IMG/VR virus record: IMGVR_UViG_2703718777_000017
Reading direction: 5' to 3' (one strand)
DNA from: a virus
Taxonomy: Duplodnaviria > Heunggongvirae > Uroviricota > Caudoviricetes
DNA length: 8,517 nt
Below the pieces are notes generated by a model. That model was not told the origin of the DNA. It searched no databases and worked only from the letters and a program-made list of their open reading frames with translations. Below, piece after piece: positions 1 to 7,211 of this stretch. The position numbers were made by a program, and so were the translations under genes. Numbering within the stretch: position 1 is the stretch's first letter; each line of letters starts with the position of its first letter.

Positions 1-1383
1 ACCACTATTCCCAATAACACCACGCACCGCCCCGCCACCCTTCAGCACCTGCGTATCGGTGCCGACCAGAGCGGGAAAATCACAGCTATCTCACATGAAA
101 GCTGGTCCGGAAACCTGCCCGGCGGCACGCCAGAAACGGCGGTACAGCAAAGCGAATTACTCTACGCCGGGGCGAATCGTCATACCGGCCTGCGGCTCGC
201 CACGCTTGATTTGCCGGAAGGGAACGCCATGCGTGCGCCCGGCGAAGCCCCCGGTCTGATGGCGCTCGAAATCGCGATCGACGAACTGGCGGAAAAAGCG
301 GGCATCGATCCCGTCGAGTTTCGCATCCTGAATGACACTCAGGTTGACCCCGCCGACCCGACGCGCCGCTTCTCTCGCCGTCAGCTTATCGAGTGCTTGC
401 GCACCGGAGCGGATAAATTTGGCTGGAAGCAGCGCAACGCCACACCCGGACAGGTGCGCGACGGGGAGTGGCTAGTCGGCCACGGTGTTGCGGCGGGCTT
501 TCGCAATAATCTGCTGGAAAAATCGGGGGCTCGGGTTCACCTCGAACCAAACGGCACCGTTACCGTGGAAACGGACATGACCGACATTGGCACCGGCAGC
601 TACACCATTCTGGCCCAGACGGCAGCGGAAATGCTTGGCGTACCGCTGGAGCAGGTTGCGGTTCACCTCGGCGATTCCAGTTTCCCGGTTTCTGCGGGTT
701 CTGGTGGACAATGGGGCGCGAATACCTCCACCTCCGGCGTTTACGCCGCCTGTATGAAGCTTCGCGAAATGATTGCCTCGGCAGTCGGGTTTGATCCTGA
801 GCAGTCGCAGTTTGCCGACGGCAAGATTACCAACGGTACCCGAAGCGCCACGCTACATGAAGCCACCGCAGGCGGCAGACTGACAGCGGAAGAGAGCATT
901 GAATTCGGAACACTGAGCAAAGAGTACCAGCAGTCGACCTTTGCCGGGCATTTTGTGGAGGTCGGCGTGCATAGCGCGACGGGAGAAGTTCGGGTCCGGC
1001 GTATGCTCGCTGTGTGTGCTGCAGGACGCATCCTGAATCCGAAAACTGCGCGCAGCCAGGTCATTGGCGCAATGACTATGGGCATGGGTGCGGCACTGAT
1101 GGAGGAGCTGGCGGTGGATGACCGTTTGGGCTACTTCGTTAATCACGATATGGCGGGGTATGAGGTGCCGGTCCATGCGGATATCCCAAAACAGGAGGTG
1201 ATTTTCCTGGATGATACCGACCCCATATCCTCCCCGATGAAGGCCAAAGGTGTCGGTGAGTTGGGCCTGTGCGGCGTGAGCGCGGCTATCGCCAACGCGG
1301 TGTATAACGCCACCGGTATTCGGGTACGGGATTATCCCATCACTCTGGATAAGCTGCTCGATAAGCTGCCGGATGTGGTTTAA
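1..1383 (+). CDS. paoC: Aldehyde oxidoreductase / xanthine-dehydrogenase-family molybdopterin-binding large subunit, C-terminal ~460 aa (5' end lies upstream of the window)
   Basis: Frame 1 is open from base 1 to TAA at 1381-1383; the ORF track only reports it from the first start-type codon at 211. The translation carries the XDH-family C-terminal region including KGVGELGLCGVSAAIANAVYNATGIRV (conserved GVGE catalytic-Glu segment). An XdhC-type gene follows 9 bp downstream, as in the E. coli paoABCD locus. GC-rich core-like composition. Symbol assigned from recalled locus organisation, not from a search. Confidence 0.85.
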   Translation, partial: TTIPNNTTHRPATLQHLRIGADQSGKITAISHESWSGNLPGGTPETAVQQSELLYAGANRHTGLRLATLDLPEGNAMRAPGEAPGLMALEIAIDELAEKAGIDPVEFRILNDTQVDPADPTRRFSRRQLIECLRTGADKFGWKQRNATPGQVRDGEWLVGHGVAAGFRNNLLEKSGARVHLEPNGTVTVETDMTDIGTGSYTILAQTAAEMLGVPLEQVAVHLGDSSFPVSAGSGGQWGANTSTSGVYAACMKLREMIASAVGFDPEQSQFADGKITNGTRSATLHEATAGGRLTAEESIEFGTLSKEYQQSTFAGHFVEVGVHSATGEVRVRRMLAVCAAGRILNPKTARSQVIGAMTMGMGAALMEELAVDDRLGYFVNHDMAGYEVPVHADIPKQEVIFLDDTDPISSPMKAKGVGELGLCGVSAAIANAVYNATGIRVRDYPITLDKLLDKLPDVV

Positions 1384-1392
1384 GGAGAAACA

Positions 1393-2349
1393 ATGTCATA
1401 CCCGCTTTTTGATAAAGACGAACACTGGCATAAGCCAGAGCAGGCGTTTCTCACCGATGACCACCGGACCATTCTGCGCTTCGCCGTAGAGGCGCTAATG
1501 TCCGGTAAAGGAGCGGTGCTGGTGACGCTGGTGGAGATACACGGCGGCGCGGCGCGCCCGCTCGGGGCGCAGATGGTGGTTCGCGAAGATGGTCGTTACT
1601 GCGGTTTTGTCTCTGGCGGCTGCGTGGAGGCCGCTGCCGCTTTTGAAGCGCTGGAGATGATGGGCTCAGGCCGCGATCGCGAAATTCGCTATGGCGAAGG
1701 TTCGCCGTGGTTTGACATCGTTCTGCCCTGCGGCGGTGGGATCACGCTGACGCTCCATAAACTACGCTCGGCACAGCCTCTGCTCGCCGTGCTGAACCGT
1801 CTGGAACAGAGAAAACCGGCGGGGCTGCGCTACGATCCGCAAGCACAATCGTTGGTGTGCCTGCCCACACAAACCCGAACGGGCTGGAATCTCAATGGCT
1901 TTGAGGTGGGGTTCAGGCCATGCGTCAGGCTGATGATTTACGGACGTTCTCTTGAGGCGCAGGCAACCGCGAGTCTTGCAGCAGCCACAGGCTATGACAG
2001 CCATATCTTCGATCTTTTTCCGGCCTCAGCCAGCGCTCAGATCGATACCGACACGGCGGTCATTTTGCTGTGCCATGATCTCAACCGGGAGCTGCCAGCA
2101 TTGCAGGCCGCGCGAGAAGCAAAACCCTTTTATCTCGGCGCATTGGGCAGCCATCGAACCCACACGTTACGTCTGCAAAAGCTCCACGAGCTGGGATGGT
2201 CCAGGGAGGAGACAGCGCAAATCCGGGCCCCCGTCGGGATATTCCCCAAAGCCCGGGATGCGCATACTCTGGCACTCTCCGTGCTGGCAGAAATCGCCTC
2301 TGTACGTCTCCATCATGAGGAGGATTCATGCCTGCCCCCGTCGTCCTGA
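1393..2349 (+). CDS. paoD: Molybdenum cofactor insertion chaperone, XdhC/CoxI family (318 aa)
   Basis: ATG at 1393 preceded by AGGAG (1383-1387) directly after the paoC stop, indicating operon coupling. Product length of 318 aa matches my recollection of E. coli PaoD (YagQ). Position immediately downstream of the XDH-family subunit fits an XdhC-type maturation factor. Stop TGA at 2347-2349. Confidence 0.8.
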   Translation: MSYPLFDKDEHWHKPEQAFLTDDHRTILRFAVEALMSGKGAVLVTLVEIHGGAARPLGAQMVVREDGRYCGFVSGGCVEAAAAFEALEMMGSGRDREIRYGEGSPWFDIVLPCGGGITLTLHKLRSAQPLLAVLNRLEQRKPAGLRYDPQAQSLVCLPTQTRTGWNLNGFEVGFRPCVRLMIYGRSLEAQATASLAAATGYDSHIFDLFPASASAQIDTDTAVILLCHDLNRELPALQAAREAKPFYLGALGSHRTHTLRLQKLHELGWSREETAQIRAPVGIFPKARDAHTLALSVLAEIASVRLHHEEDSCLPPSS

Positions 2350-2738
2350 TCCTTGCGGCCGGGCGTGGAGAGCGCTTTCTCGCCTCCGGGGGAAATACCC
2401 ATAAGTGTATCGGCTGGCGTCAGTCCCCGGAGGTTGCGCCTTATCGCTGGCCATTTGAAGAAAACGGGAGAACTTTCGACCTTGCGATTGAACCGCAGAT
2501 TACGACTAATGATCTGCGTCTGATGTTGAGGCTGGCTCTTGCCGGCGGAGGAATAACAATTGCCACTCAGGAAACTTTCAGGCCATATATTGAAAGCGGT
2601 AAGCTTGTATCGCTGCTTGATGACTTTCTTCCACAATTTCCGGGCTTCTATCTGTATTTCCCACAGCGTCGCAATATTGCACCAAAGCTCCGCGCCCTGA
2701 TTGACTACGTCAAAGAATGGCGGCAGCAATTGGTTTAA
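2328..2738 (+). pseudogene. yagP: Chimeric relic ORF (136 aa): MocA/MobA-like nucleotidyltransferase N-terminal motif fused to a LysR-family C-terminal effector-binding fragment
   Basis: ATG at 2328 overlaps the paoD stop by 22 bp and follows GAGGAGGA (2317-2324). N-terminal residues MPAPVVLILAAGRGERF resemble the LAAGxxxR nucleotide-binding start of molybdenum-cofactor nucleotidyltransferases. Residues from about 48 onward (LRLMLRLALAGGGITIATQETFRPYIESGKLVSLLDDF...YLYFPQRRNIAPKLRALIDYV) look like only the C-terminal part of a LysR-type regulator; no HTH domain is present. Length and position match my recollection of the E. coli yagP pseudogene. Confidence 0.55.
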
Positions 2739-2861
2739 ATAGCTGCACCTGCACTGCCTGATGTCAGAACAGTATTTTGATGAATTGCCAAGGTTACAAT
2801 GGCACAAATGCGGCACAGGAGGAAACGTGGTGTATTTAAATATGGGGTAACTCTTTGATTT

Positions 2862-2880
2862 TAATGGCGATAATAGGAGT
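2862..2880 (-). other. tRNA-Thr (thrW-like) 3'-end fragment; putative attachment-site core remnant
   Basis: Reverse complement of 2862-2880 is ACTCCTATTATCGCCATTA. The first 13 nt (2868-2880) are identical to the T-arm/acceptor 3' segment ACTCCTATTATCG of E. coli tRNA-Thr(CGU) as I recall it, and 16 of 19 nt match through the CCA end. It lies between the chromosomal relic ORF and the integrase, exactly at the GC transition. No full tRNA cloverleaf is present. Depends on recalled tRNA sequence. Confidence 0.3.
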
Positions 2881-2966
2881 AAAACACTCGATTAATCTCG
2901 TGTTAATGCCATCACCTACGACCATTACTAATTGATTGAATCTTATAGAAAAAATCATCATTTTCT

Positions 2967-4301
2967 ATGCGTTACAATCAATTTTCACATTACAAACGCT
3001 CCGACACTTTAGCCGGGGAGTTTATGAGATACAAGCCCAATCAATACATAATCTGTGATTCTTACGGTAACTACTATTTAAGGATCACGCTGCCTGTGTA
3101 TATGCAGCCCTTTTTTGAAGGAAAAAGGACGTTTGTCAGGAGTCTACATACAAGTAACCTTCGTGTTGCACGTAGAAAGCGTGATCAGATTGCAGATGAA
3201 TACCATTGTCTACGGGAGAGTGTCGCTCCTGTAAACAGCACAATAGAGAACACGCTGGAACTGTTACGCAGTAAGGCTAAATACGCCAAAACAGCTACCA
3301 GAATGCAAGATACAGCGTCTTCGTGTCCGTCATTGCTTAAAATTCTTGAAATCTACCTGACAATTAACAGCACGAAGAAGAAGCCAGCCACTTTAGCTAA
3401 GGCAAGAAAAGCGGTAGAGATGTTTCTCTCCTACCGTAAAAAGCCTGATATTGCATTGCAAGATGTAAGCCGCACCACTGTTACAGGCTGGATTGAACAC
3501 ATGCAAAAAACCCTTTCACAACAATCAATTGCAAATTATATCAGCCCAATGGCCCAGCTATGGGAGTTAGCTTCATCACGTTACCACGATGCACCAGAAA
3601 GGGCGCTCTCCCCCTGGCGAGGGCATAGGCTTGATGTGGCACAAAGTAGAGAGAGCTATGAGGCATTTTCTAACAAAGAGCTATTGCAGGTGTTGCAAGT
3701 ATTTTCCGGTAATTCAGCAGAAAACAAAGAAATGATAGCTTTGTGTCTTATCGGTGCTTATACAGGTATGCGGATCAATGAGATAGCAAGTCTCACAATA
3801 GACGATGTGAAAGAGATCGAAGGTGTGCTGTGTTTTGAAATCACACAGGGAAAAACGAAAGCTGCGGCACGTGTTGTGCCTGTGCATAGCCTTATCACTC
3901 CATTGGTGTTATCTCTTCGTGAAAAGCCTCACAATGGCTTTTTGTTCTATCACGCCAGCATTACAGAGCGTGCTGATGGTAAACGTTCCACGTGGCACAC
4001 GCAGAGATTTACAAGAGCTAAACGAAAGGCTTTAGGGGAAAAGGGAACAGAAAGGAAGGTGTTTCATTCTCTGAGACACGGAGTAGCACAGCTTCTTGAT
4101 CGAAATCAAATTCCAGAAGACAGGATCGCCCTTCTCCTGGGCCATACACGCGGCAATACAGAAACATTCCGCACATATAGCAAGAATGCAGCTTCTCCAG
4201 TAGAGCTTAAAAAATATATTGAGCTTCTACGCTACCCTGAAATAGAGAAAGGCTTATCAATCAATAAAAAATCAAATTTAAGGCGTAAAACAACGCCATA
4301 G
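2967..4301 (+). CDS. Tyrosine-type site-specific recombinase (phage integrase family), 444 aa; possible alternative start at 3024
   Basis: C-terminal catalytic signature: TGMRINE (Arg codon 3771-3773), then FHSLRHGVAQLL...LLGHTRGNTETFRTYSK, i.e. box II HxLRH at 4065-4079, LLGH, and catalytic Tyr codon at 4176-4178. An in-frame stop at 2946-2948 fixes the earliest start at ATG 2967, which lacks a good SD. The second in-frame ATG at 3024 is preceded by GGGGAG. Position next to the tRNA-fragment junction is typical of island integrases. Confidence 0.85.
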   Translation: MRYNQFSHYKRSDTLAGEFMRYKPNQYIICDSYGNYYLRITLPVYMQPFFEGKRTFVRSLHTSNLRVARRKRDQIADEYHCLRESVAPVNSTIENTLELLRSKAKYAKTATRMQDTASSCPSLLKILEIYLTINSTKKKPATLAKARKAVEMFLSYRKKPDIALQDVSRTTVTGWIEHMQKTLSQQSIANYISPMAQLWELASSRYHDAPERALSPWRGHRLDVAQSRESYEAFSNKELLQVLQVFSGNSAENKEMIALCLIGAYTGMRINEIASLTIDDVKEIEGVLCFEITQGKTKAAARVVPVHSLITPLVLSLREKPHNGFLFYHASITERADGKRSTWHTQRFTRAKRKALGEKGTERKVFHSLRHGVAQLLDRNQIPEDRIALLLGHTRGNTETFRTYSKNAASPVELKKYIELLRYPEIEKGLSINKKSNLRRKTTP

Positions 4302-4308
4302 ACGCAAT

Positions 4309-4340
4309 AAAGAGGCTCCAACATAATTGGTAGCCTCTTT
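4309..4340 (+). terminator. Putative intrinsic terminator in the convergent gap between the integrase and the cargo array
   Basis: Inverted repeat AAAGAGGCT(4309-4317) ... AGCCTCTTT(4332-4340), with additional CCAA/TTGG pairing inside the loop, followed by TATAATT. It lies 8 bp after the integrase stop and about 40 bp beyond the end of the minus-strand 237-aa gene. Confidence 0.45.
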
Positions 4341-4381
4341 TATAATTACATCGTTACAGAGCGTTTTAGAGGCGTTTACGG

Positions 4382-5095
4382 CTATTCCTGTTTAAAGGCA
4401 GGAGTAATAGTGTCTTCACCTTCACTACTTGATTTTTCAGTGTTAACACGTTTTTTCATATTAGCCCCGATGTTCTTAGATGGCTGTGTTTTGATAGCTA
4501 CAGTGTTCACAGTGCCATAAGAAACTAATCTTATTTGCTCAAAGCTAAGATCAAATACCAGGGATTCGCTTGCCTCTTCTGTGTATTCGATTCCTGTTAA
4601 AACAACGTTCTCAAAAGTTTTATTTTCTGTAACAAGAAGAAAAGGCTGTCTACTGTCCATAATCTGATTCAGGTAGTCGATAGCTAATGATCTTCTGTTC
4701 CCGTTCACCCCTGCACTCTTTAACAAGCCAGGATCGCTTTTAATCGGTGTTTCAGTGATCCTTCCTTTAAGAGAAAACTTATTGTTTTTAATTTGAACGT
4801 GATCAGACACAGTAGCACCATTTTCTACGGGGTAGCTTGTAACATCTGCCGAACGTCTCACGTTCACATCGTCAACACTATCAAAGGCCAGTGCCATATA
4901 ATTTTCATAAACATCATTGCCAGAAGATGCCAAGCCACTGGTAACAATAGCAAATCCGTTCTCTCCTTTTGTTTTATTGGCTTTGCTATTTTCGTTTTTT
5001 GTAGAGTTTATATCTTGTTCTGCTTTGTAAACAGCCTGAACGTGTTGTTCTGGAGTATTTGCTGCACGTATGGTTAAAATCCCGGCGGTCGCCAT
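4382..5095 (-). CDS. Hypothetical protein, 237 aa (possible virion or tail-associated protein; function unknown)
   Basis: ATG at 5095 (minus) preceded by AAGGAAAA about 11 nt upstream. Last gene of the minus-strand array, ending 80 bp from the integrase stop. N-terminal K/N/S-rich low-complexity segment, then a segment with alternating hydrophobic residues (FLLVTENKTFENVVLTGIEY...LVFDLSFEQIRLV) suggestive of beta structure. No recognisable catalytic motif. Confidence 0.6.
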   Translation of the reverse strand: MATAGILTIRAANTPEQHVQAVYKAEQDINSTKNENSKANKTKGENGFAIVTSGLASSGNDVYENYMALAFDSVDDVNVRRSADVTSYPVENGATVSDHVQIKNNKFSLKGRITETPIKSDPGLLKSAGVNGNRRSLAIDYLNQIMDSRQPFLLVTENKTFENVVLTGIEYTEEASESLVFDLSFEQIRLVSYGTVNTVAIKTQPSKNIGANMKKRVNTEKSSSEGEDTITPAFKQE

Positions 5096-5129
5096 AATAA
5101 TAATTTTCCTTGTAATGTTATGGCGGGAA

Positions 5130-6959
5130 TTACCCGCCGTTGGATTGTCCTGATAAGCTGGTTAATGTTAATGATTTCAAGAAGCTATCCCGACTTGCTC
5201 TCGCTGTAAAATCCACATAATCGCTTAATCTTGATGTGTCTGAATTAATAGTAAGAGGAACCTCTGTTACCACTTCAAATGTAGGATTCAGATTAAACAC
5301 AGGAGATAAATTATAAGCCGGAGTTGTCATTGCAAGATTATTTAAAGCACCCTGTTTGAGATTGGTTATCGGTGCTTCGCTGACTGACATTTTTACATCT
5401 GACACAGAAGAATTATCATCGAAAAGCAATCCCTTAATCGTGTTAAAGAGAGAATGACTATTATCAGGTGTAGTTGTTGCAGTGCCAGCGCCTTTATATT
5501 GGTCAGGAACGAGATTAGAAAGATGCTGTTTCATCCCTTCATTGCTTAATGGCGGTGCATCACCTAAATTTTTCTGAATAGCATCTGTCTTATCATCATT
5601 ACGATTAAACCAGTTTACAATCTTCATAATAGCTTCAAAGAGACTTCCTACAGCTTCTCCCAGCTTCGTAAAATACGGAGTGAGATTAGAAAGGTTTTTC
5701 AAAAACTCTTCCGTTACTTTTGGATCGAGAGATTTCATAAAGCCGTCTACGAATGCTACTTGTCTTGCATCAGAAAGCTGTGAAAGCTGTCTGTTTAGTT
5801 CTCTGAATTTAACAATAGAGTCTTGCTGTGTTTCTGTTAGCCATTTTCCAGAGGCTTTTTGCTGATTAATACTTTCTTGTACATCTTTAACGGAACGTTG
5901 CCAATATTTTGACGTAAGCATCAAATCATCGCCCAGGTCTTCTAAACGTTGTCCAATTTGGGAGTCTGAAAACCCTTTTTTCATCATTCCATTAACAGCC
6001 TTAGAAATTAATCCAGCCGGATTATCAGCAAATTTTTTAAGGTCGCTTTTGTTAATAACACCGATGTTTAGAAGTTCATTAATAGCATTATCACCGCCTT
6101 TCCATTCAGATTTTCCGGTTTTCTTGTCTTTCACCAATTCAGCTTCACTGTAGGATTTTGCGGCACGTTCCCTAACATCTTTCATCTGATCCAGGTATTT
6201 CCTAGCCCCTTGATCACCCATCATAGAGTCAACGCCGTTTCTATAGGCCCATTCTGTAATGTTGTACATCTGGTTAACGTCTACACCGCCAAGCCTTGCA
6301 CGTTGAATTAGCTCTCCTTGTGTCTCAGCATTGGCAAAACTATTAGCCATAAATTCACCGGTTTTACTAACCGCCATCACGCCAGCAGCAGCCGTAGCGC
6401 CTCCAAATAACAGAGCGCCCATAGTGGCGGAATTCCCTGATCCTCCCTTAACGGGGGCTAATTGAACTTTTCTGTTGCCATTAATCTTACGTTGTTGTTG
6501 TTGTAAGCGTTTCATCTGGCTATTCATACGTGCAAGCGAGATAGCCCCTTGCTCATATTGTTTCGCTATCTCTCTAGCCTGTGCAATAGCTTTGTATTGT
6601 TCCGCTACAGAGAGGCGGTGCATTGCACTGATAGAGCTTGACACATCAAGGAGCTTTAATTCTGCTTTCTCTTTACGTGCTGCTATTTGTTGCTGTTGCC
6701 TTGCCTGTGCTCTTGCTGCGGCAGCTTGTGCTCTTTGATTCTGTTTTTCTGTTTTGGCTTTCTGTTGAGCAATCTTATCTACTTCGCTTTGTGCTTTCTT
6801 ATAGCCTTTAGTGACATTATCAAATCTTAATTTAGCTGGCTTGATGTTTTCTGCGAATTCCTTTAAGCCTGTAATAGAGTCTTTCGCTTTTTTCAAGCTG
6901 TCTTTATCTACACTAAATGTAACTGTGTTCTTAATTTTAGAAGTGTTAATTTCTAACAT
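5130..6959 (-). CDS. Large coiled-coil protein, 609 aa; tape-measure-like or internal virion (ejection) protein-like architecture, function unverified
   Basis: ATG at 6959 (minus) preceded by GGGGA with a 6-nt spacer, and only 18 bp after the stop of the upstream 66-aa gene, so an operon. The N-terminal ~170 aa is Q/A/R/K-rich, with heptad-like character (QKAKTEKQNQRAQAAAARAQARQQQQIAARKEKAELKL). A Gly/Ala hydrophobic segment (GGSGNSATMGALLFGGATAAAGVMAVSKTG) follows, then a long helical central region and an S/T/N-rich C-terminus. This arrangement is common in phage tape-measure and ejection proteins. The call is architectural, not homology-based. Confidence 0.7.
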   Translation of the reverse strand: MLEINTSKIKNTVTFSVDKDSLKKAKDSITGLKEFAENIKPAKLRFDNVTKGYKKAQSEVDKIAQQKAKTEKQNQRAQAAAARAQARQQQQIAARKEKAELKLLDVSSSISAMHRLSVAEQYKAIAQAREIAKQYEQGAISLARMNSQMKRLQQQQRKINGNRKVQLAPVKGGSGNSATMGALLFGGATAAAGVMAVSKTGEFMANSFANAETQGELIQRARLGGVDVNQMYNITEWAYRNGVDSMMGDQGARKYLDQMKDVRERAAKSYSEAELVKDKKTGKSEWKGGDNAINELLNIGVINKSDLKKFADNPAGLISKAVNGMMKKGFSDSQIGQRLEDLGDDLMLTSKYWQRSVKDVQESINQQKASGKWLTETQQDSIVKFRELNRQLSQLSDARQVAFVDGFMKSLDPKVTEEFLKNLSNLTPYFTKLGEAVGSLFEAIMKIVNWFNRNDDKTDAIQKNLGDAPPLSNEGMKQHLSNLVPDQYKGAGTATTTPDNSHSLFNTIKGLLFDDNSSVSDVKMSVSEAPITNLKQGALNNLAMTTPAYNLSPVFNLNPTFEVVTEVPLTINSDTSRLSDYVDFTARASRDSFLKSLTLTSLSGQSNGG

Positions 6960-6977
6960 TTAAAATCCCCTTATTAA

Positions 6978-7178
6978 TCATTTTTTACCACCTTCTTTGC
7001 TTAAGAAATGGTGTAGAGCCTGATCAATACTCTCGTTTAGTCTGAACATACGGGCTTTTACTCCTTCATATGGAACATCTAAGAGAGAACATAGATATTT
7101 CAGATTTAACAAGCCTCTAGAATCATTAGCATCTAAATGTACGTGTACACCATTTTTTGATTTCAGAATCACTTCCAT
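6978..7178 (-). CDS. Small hypothetical protein, 66 aa
   Basis: ATG at 7178 (minus) preceded by GAGGTGA with a 7-nt spacer. It sits directly downstream of the terminator that follows the capsid-like gene and is tightly coupled to the 609-aa gene. Basic C-terminus (KEGGKK). Function unknown. Confidence 0.5.
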   Translation of the reverse strand: MEVILKSKNGVHVHLDANDSRGLLNLKYLCSLLDVPYEGVKARMFRLNESIDQALHHFLSKEGGKK

Positions 7179-7211
7179 ATTTTAATCACCTCTCAAAATT
7201 TAAAAATAAAT

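Noticed and set aside
59-259. 66-aa ORF in an alternative frame inside the paoC-like gene
   Set aside because: It lies wholly within a well-supported, longer GC-rich coding frame. Its Arg/Pro-rich composition is typical of off-frame translation of GC-rich DNA, and it has no SD.
472-1176. Three minus-strand ORFs (79, 114 and 107 aa) antisense to the paoC-like gene
   Set aside because: They are antisense to a strongly supported conserved CDS. GC-rich sequence yields long spurious open frames, and there is no independent evidence.
1762-2404. ORFs at 1762-2004 (-), 1952-2404 (+) and 2081-2329 (-) overlapping the paoD-like gene
   Set aside because: They are nested in or antisense to the paoD frame and have Arg/Pro/Cys-rich artefactual composition. 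paoD itself has proper SD coupling and the expected length.
2313-2816. 167-aa minus-strand ORF spanning the GC/AT junction
   Set aside because: It is antisense to the LysR-like fragment, starts at a GTG with no SD (the upstream sequence is the complement of an SD), and has Cys-rich low-complexity translation. Most likely spurious.
3823-4035. 70-aa plus-strand ORF in an alternative frame inside the integrase gene
   Set aside because: It is embedded in the integrase reading frame, which carries the conserved catalytic motifs in this very segment. No SD.
4345-4380. Imperfect tandem AGAGCGTTTT / AGAGGCGTTTA in the int-cargo gap
   Set aside because: Only two short imperfect copies; too small to call a repeat element or binding site without comparative data.
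5130-6959. Possible P-loop (Walker A) in the 609-aa protein at AGVMAVSKTG
   Set aside because: The motif is G-x4-S-K-T, not G-x4-G-K-[ST], and sits in a Gly/Ala-rich hydrophobic segment with no Walker B partner. It is not a credible NTPase signature.
5130-6959. Length coincidence with the P22 gp16 ejection protein (609 aa, as I recall)
   Set aside because: Equal length is not evidence of homology, and the surrounding gene order and capsid size do not match the P22 layout. It is kept only as a hypothesis within the tape-measure/ejection-like call.
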